Position numbers and translations under genes: made by a program. A stretch of DNA of 63,805 nt, counting the filler, from Dugesia japonica (Eukaryota), in assembly GCA_001938525.1 (NCBI GenBank). It is 4 parts of 4 records of this genome, joined end to end, with 100 filler letters (N's around TTAATTAATTAA, not from the genome) between each part and the next. Parts side by side here need not be neighbours in the genome. Positions count along the whole stretch, not along the records: positions 55,188 to 63,805 come from MQRL01548896.1; 3 more parts are not named here. One strand, written 5' to 3'. The notes below the pieces were generated by a model. It ran no database searches, was not told where the DNA came from, and was given only the letters and a program-made list of their open reading frames with translations. Below, piece by piece: positions 61,226 to 63,805 of this stretch (positions are counted from its first letter, which is position 1; every line of letters starts with the position of its first letter).

Positions 61226-61315
61226 CGCAAACCTAGTTTATCAATTTAATTGTAATGTGTGTGATGCCGCGTACATTGGAGAGACAAAACACGTGTTAAT
61301 CACCATATGCAATTG
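61226..61315 (+). pseudogene. Penelope GIY-YIG endonuclease fragment
   Basis: NLVYQFNCNVCDAAYIGETKHVL. Confidence 0.8.
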
Positions 61316-61527
61316 AGTAGAAAAGTTNNNNTTTAGATCATGTCTTTTGCTGGACAAATAGTAAAAAAACTGTTAATGAAAAGTTTTGGTCTTATGAATT
61401 CAACGATGAGTGTAACAAACTCATCTATCAATTATTATTATTATTTGATTTTATTGTATTTTAGAGTAGATCTCTGAATTTTTGATTATTTAATATTTAT
61501 TATTATTTATTTTGTTATATTTCTTAG

Positions 61528-61791
61528 AAAAAGCCGCCTACATCAACTTGGAAACGATTCAAGGAAAAGCACAACAAACCAACTCAACCATTTAGGTAGT
61601 TATGGATTATATAAAATAATTCTTAATGCAATATTTTAAGATCGATTTCACAATTAAAAAGCTCACCTCTTTCACAAAGTTTTCAATCATTAAATCGAAA
61701 ACCTCACTTTGACATTGAAAAATCGAGAAAATTATTAGAAGAAACAAAAAAGATTATCCACAGTTCCAAAGAAAAATTAAACGAAAATTAA
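61528..61791 (+). CDS. Last two exons of an uncharacterised gene (61528-61595, 61641-61791)
   Basis: TTCTTAG acceptor, 45-bp GT-AG intron, open frame KKPPTSTWKRF...R SISQLKSSPLS...LLEETKKIIHSSKEKLNEN*. Confidence 0.6.
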
Positions 61792-62652
61792 ATTAAAACG
61801 TAAATATTTGATTTTGGATTTAGTTTTCCCTAAGTAAATTTTAAAGATTTTATGTTTTTTATTGACTATTTTAGATTTGTTGATAAATCGATTAAATGGA
61901 ATGTTATTTATTATTATAATATTTTCACATTGATAAGAAACTAATTTAAACAATTTTTATTATTTACTTTCTACAAATATTTTATATATAAACTTGCCAG
62001 TAACCGCATTTTATAATTGTTACCACTNNNNNNNNNNNNNNNNNNNNNNNNNNNNNNNNNNNNNNNNNNNNNNNNNNNNNNNNNNNNNNNNNNNNNNNNN
62101 CACCTAATCGAAATTAAATCTTGCGTGTCTTTTTCATAAATCATTTTGTTTAAATAAATAGTAATGAAACATTATTTCTCTTGTAGTTGTATTTTGGATG
62201 TTAATGGATTAATTATTCACTTAGAAAGAGAACCTCAAAATATTTTTAAAAATAGGCGTTAGCACAAATAGGTTTAACCAACTGATTTAATATTATATTA
62301 ATTAATAAATTTCAAGAACGATTAACGTTGCTCTGGTATCACTTTGTAAAAAGGACTAAATTATTATCAGATTGTACAAATTATATATATTTAGGTGCTA
62401 ATTTTCTGACCCTCTGATGTAAAGCAATTAATCGATTAAAAATGATATATTTTCATTCTGATTTCATAAAACTTTAAAAGTTTAATACATAATATAGTAA
62501 TAAAAATATTTTTTAATTGTAAAATTAATTTTAATCAAAATCATTATTATTCAGACACTCATCGTGTAATTATATTTCTGGTTTTTAATAACCAAGTAGA
62601 TATTGCTCCATTCCTATATATATGAATATGAACTATATGAATATGCAACTAT

Positions 62653-62990
62653 ATGAATTCGTTGCATAGCAAAATTAGATTCACTACAGAAATAGAATNT
62701 AAATCTAAAATTTCTTTCCTTGACTTATTAATTGAAAGAAAGTCCAAACATTATGAAACAGAGATTTATCACAAGCCAACGGATACAGGCTTATCTACAT
62801 CTCCTGTTAGTTTTTGTGAATCTCTTACAAGTATAATATGATTAAAGGATTGTTGTATAGATCGTGAACTTTTTCCTCTTCGTATTTGAAGTAATATTGC
62901 TGAACATAATATTAATTGTAAATCAGTTATCAGTATAAATAATTTTAAAGTTTCTGCGAAATCTTTAAACATTATTGGAAGAGAGTCATG
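62653..62990 (+). pseudogene. Penelope RT C-terminal relic
   Basis: NSLHSKIRFTTEIE..KISFLDLLI...TEIYHKPTDTGL. Confidence 0.85.
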
Positions 62991-63457
62991 TGTTAGATGA
63001 TGATTAGATCAATTGATCCAAAAATTGATGTTCAAACTGGTCTTTCTAAATCTTTATTGAATGTTTTTAATNNNNNNNNNNNNNNNNNNNNNNNNNNNNN
63101 NNNNNNNNNNNNNNNNNNNNNAATCAGAATTATTTTTTTATATACAAGCATTTTTATAAAAAGTGAAAAAAAGGAATAAATATTGTTTCAATAAAGAATT
63201 TTTAAAAAAGAATTATATATTTAAATATCGTTTCAAAGTTTTTAATTATATTAAATTATTTATTTAATTGTTTATTTATTTTATAAATTAAAATTCATCA
63301 AATATATTAAATTATTAAATTAAATCTTTAAATTTATTAAAATTTTAAATCTATTACATTTATTTTATTAAATTTATTAAATTATTTATTTAATTAATAA
63401 CGTTAAAAAACTCCGTCAAAATCTCAAAAAATTTAACTGCCTTAATCTATTTTCACA

Positions 63458-63522
<65 letters not shown>

Positions 63523-63572
63523 NNNNNNNNNNNNNNNNNNNNNNNNNNNNNNNNNNNNNNNNNNNNNNNNNN

Positions 63573-63636
<64 letters not shown>
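63458..63636. repeat. (TTA)n microsatellite spanning a gap
   Basis: Triplet arrays on both sides of Ns. Confidence 0.95.
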
Positions 63637-63805
63637 TTCATTATTCTAAATATAATTAATAGTTTTTCAGTTTCAGAGATATGTCATTTTTAAATAAACT
63701 TCAGTCCAAATGTGATGTGATTTTATTGTACATTTTATATTAAATACATTTTTATTTTGTATTTTACTGTTTGATTTGTAAATTTTTATTTTATTATTTT
63801 AATAA

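Overview
Very AT-rich eukaryotic (probably metazoan) genomic DNA with tiny (~40-47 bp) GT-AG introns and a dense load of decayed transposons. The window is not one contig: three identical 100-bp artificial spacers (44 N + TTAATTAATTAA + 44 N at 18300-18399, 30079-30178, 55088-55187) join four independent pieces. Host genes recognised: a WIP/verprolin-like WH2 protein (23098-23953, minus, five exons, probably continuing into Pro-rich exons at 18744-19089), a signal-peptide first exon resembling an ANF-receptor/iGluR-type extracellular domain (2666-3097, minus), and spliced exons of unknown Ser-rich protein(s) (55188-56326, 61528-61791). Mobile DNA: several Ty3/Gypsy elements (one near-full-length copy, 34874-~42461, interrupted by an intact-ended hAT element with an 8-bp TSD; a solo LTR with a perfect 5-bp TSD), an unusual Gag-like region with about 10 CCHC knuckles, Tc1/mariner, DD37D-type and MULE relics, Penelope RT and GIY-YIG relics, a NeSL-type non-LTR element with a Ulp1-like protease region, a Polinton/Maverick packaging-ATPase relic and a 1.1-kb foldback element. 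Most notable: a dispersed family of short, often inverted (palindromic) repeats carrying minimal type-I hammerhead ribozyme motifs; Gypsy lineages whose gag reading frame starts at the LTR-end/PBS junction, with non-canonical TA termini and apparent (TTA)n-microsatellite targeting. All homology calls are from motif recognition by eye; no database search was run.
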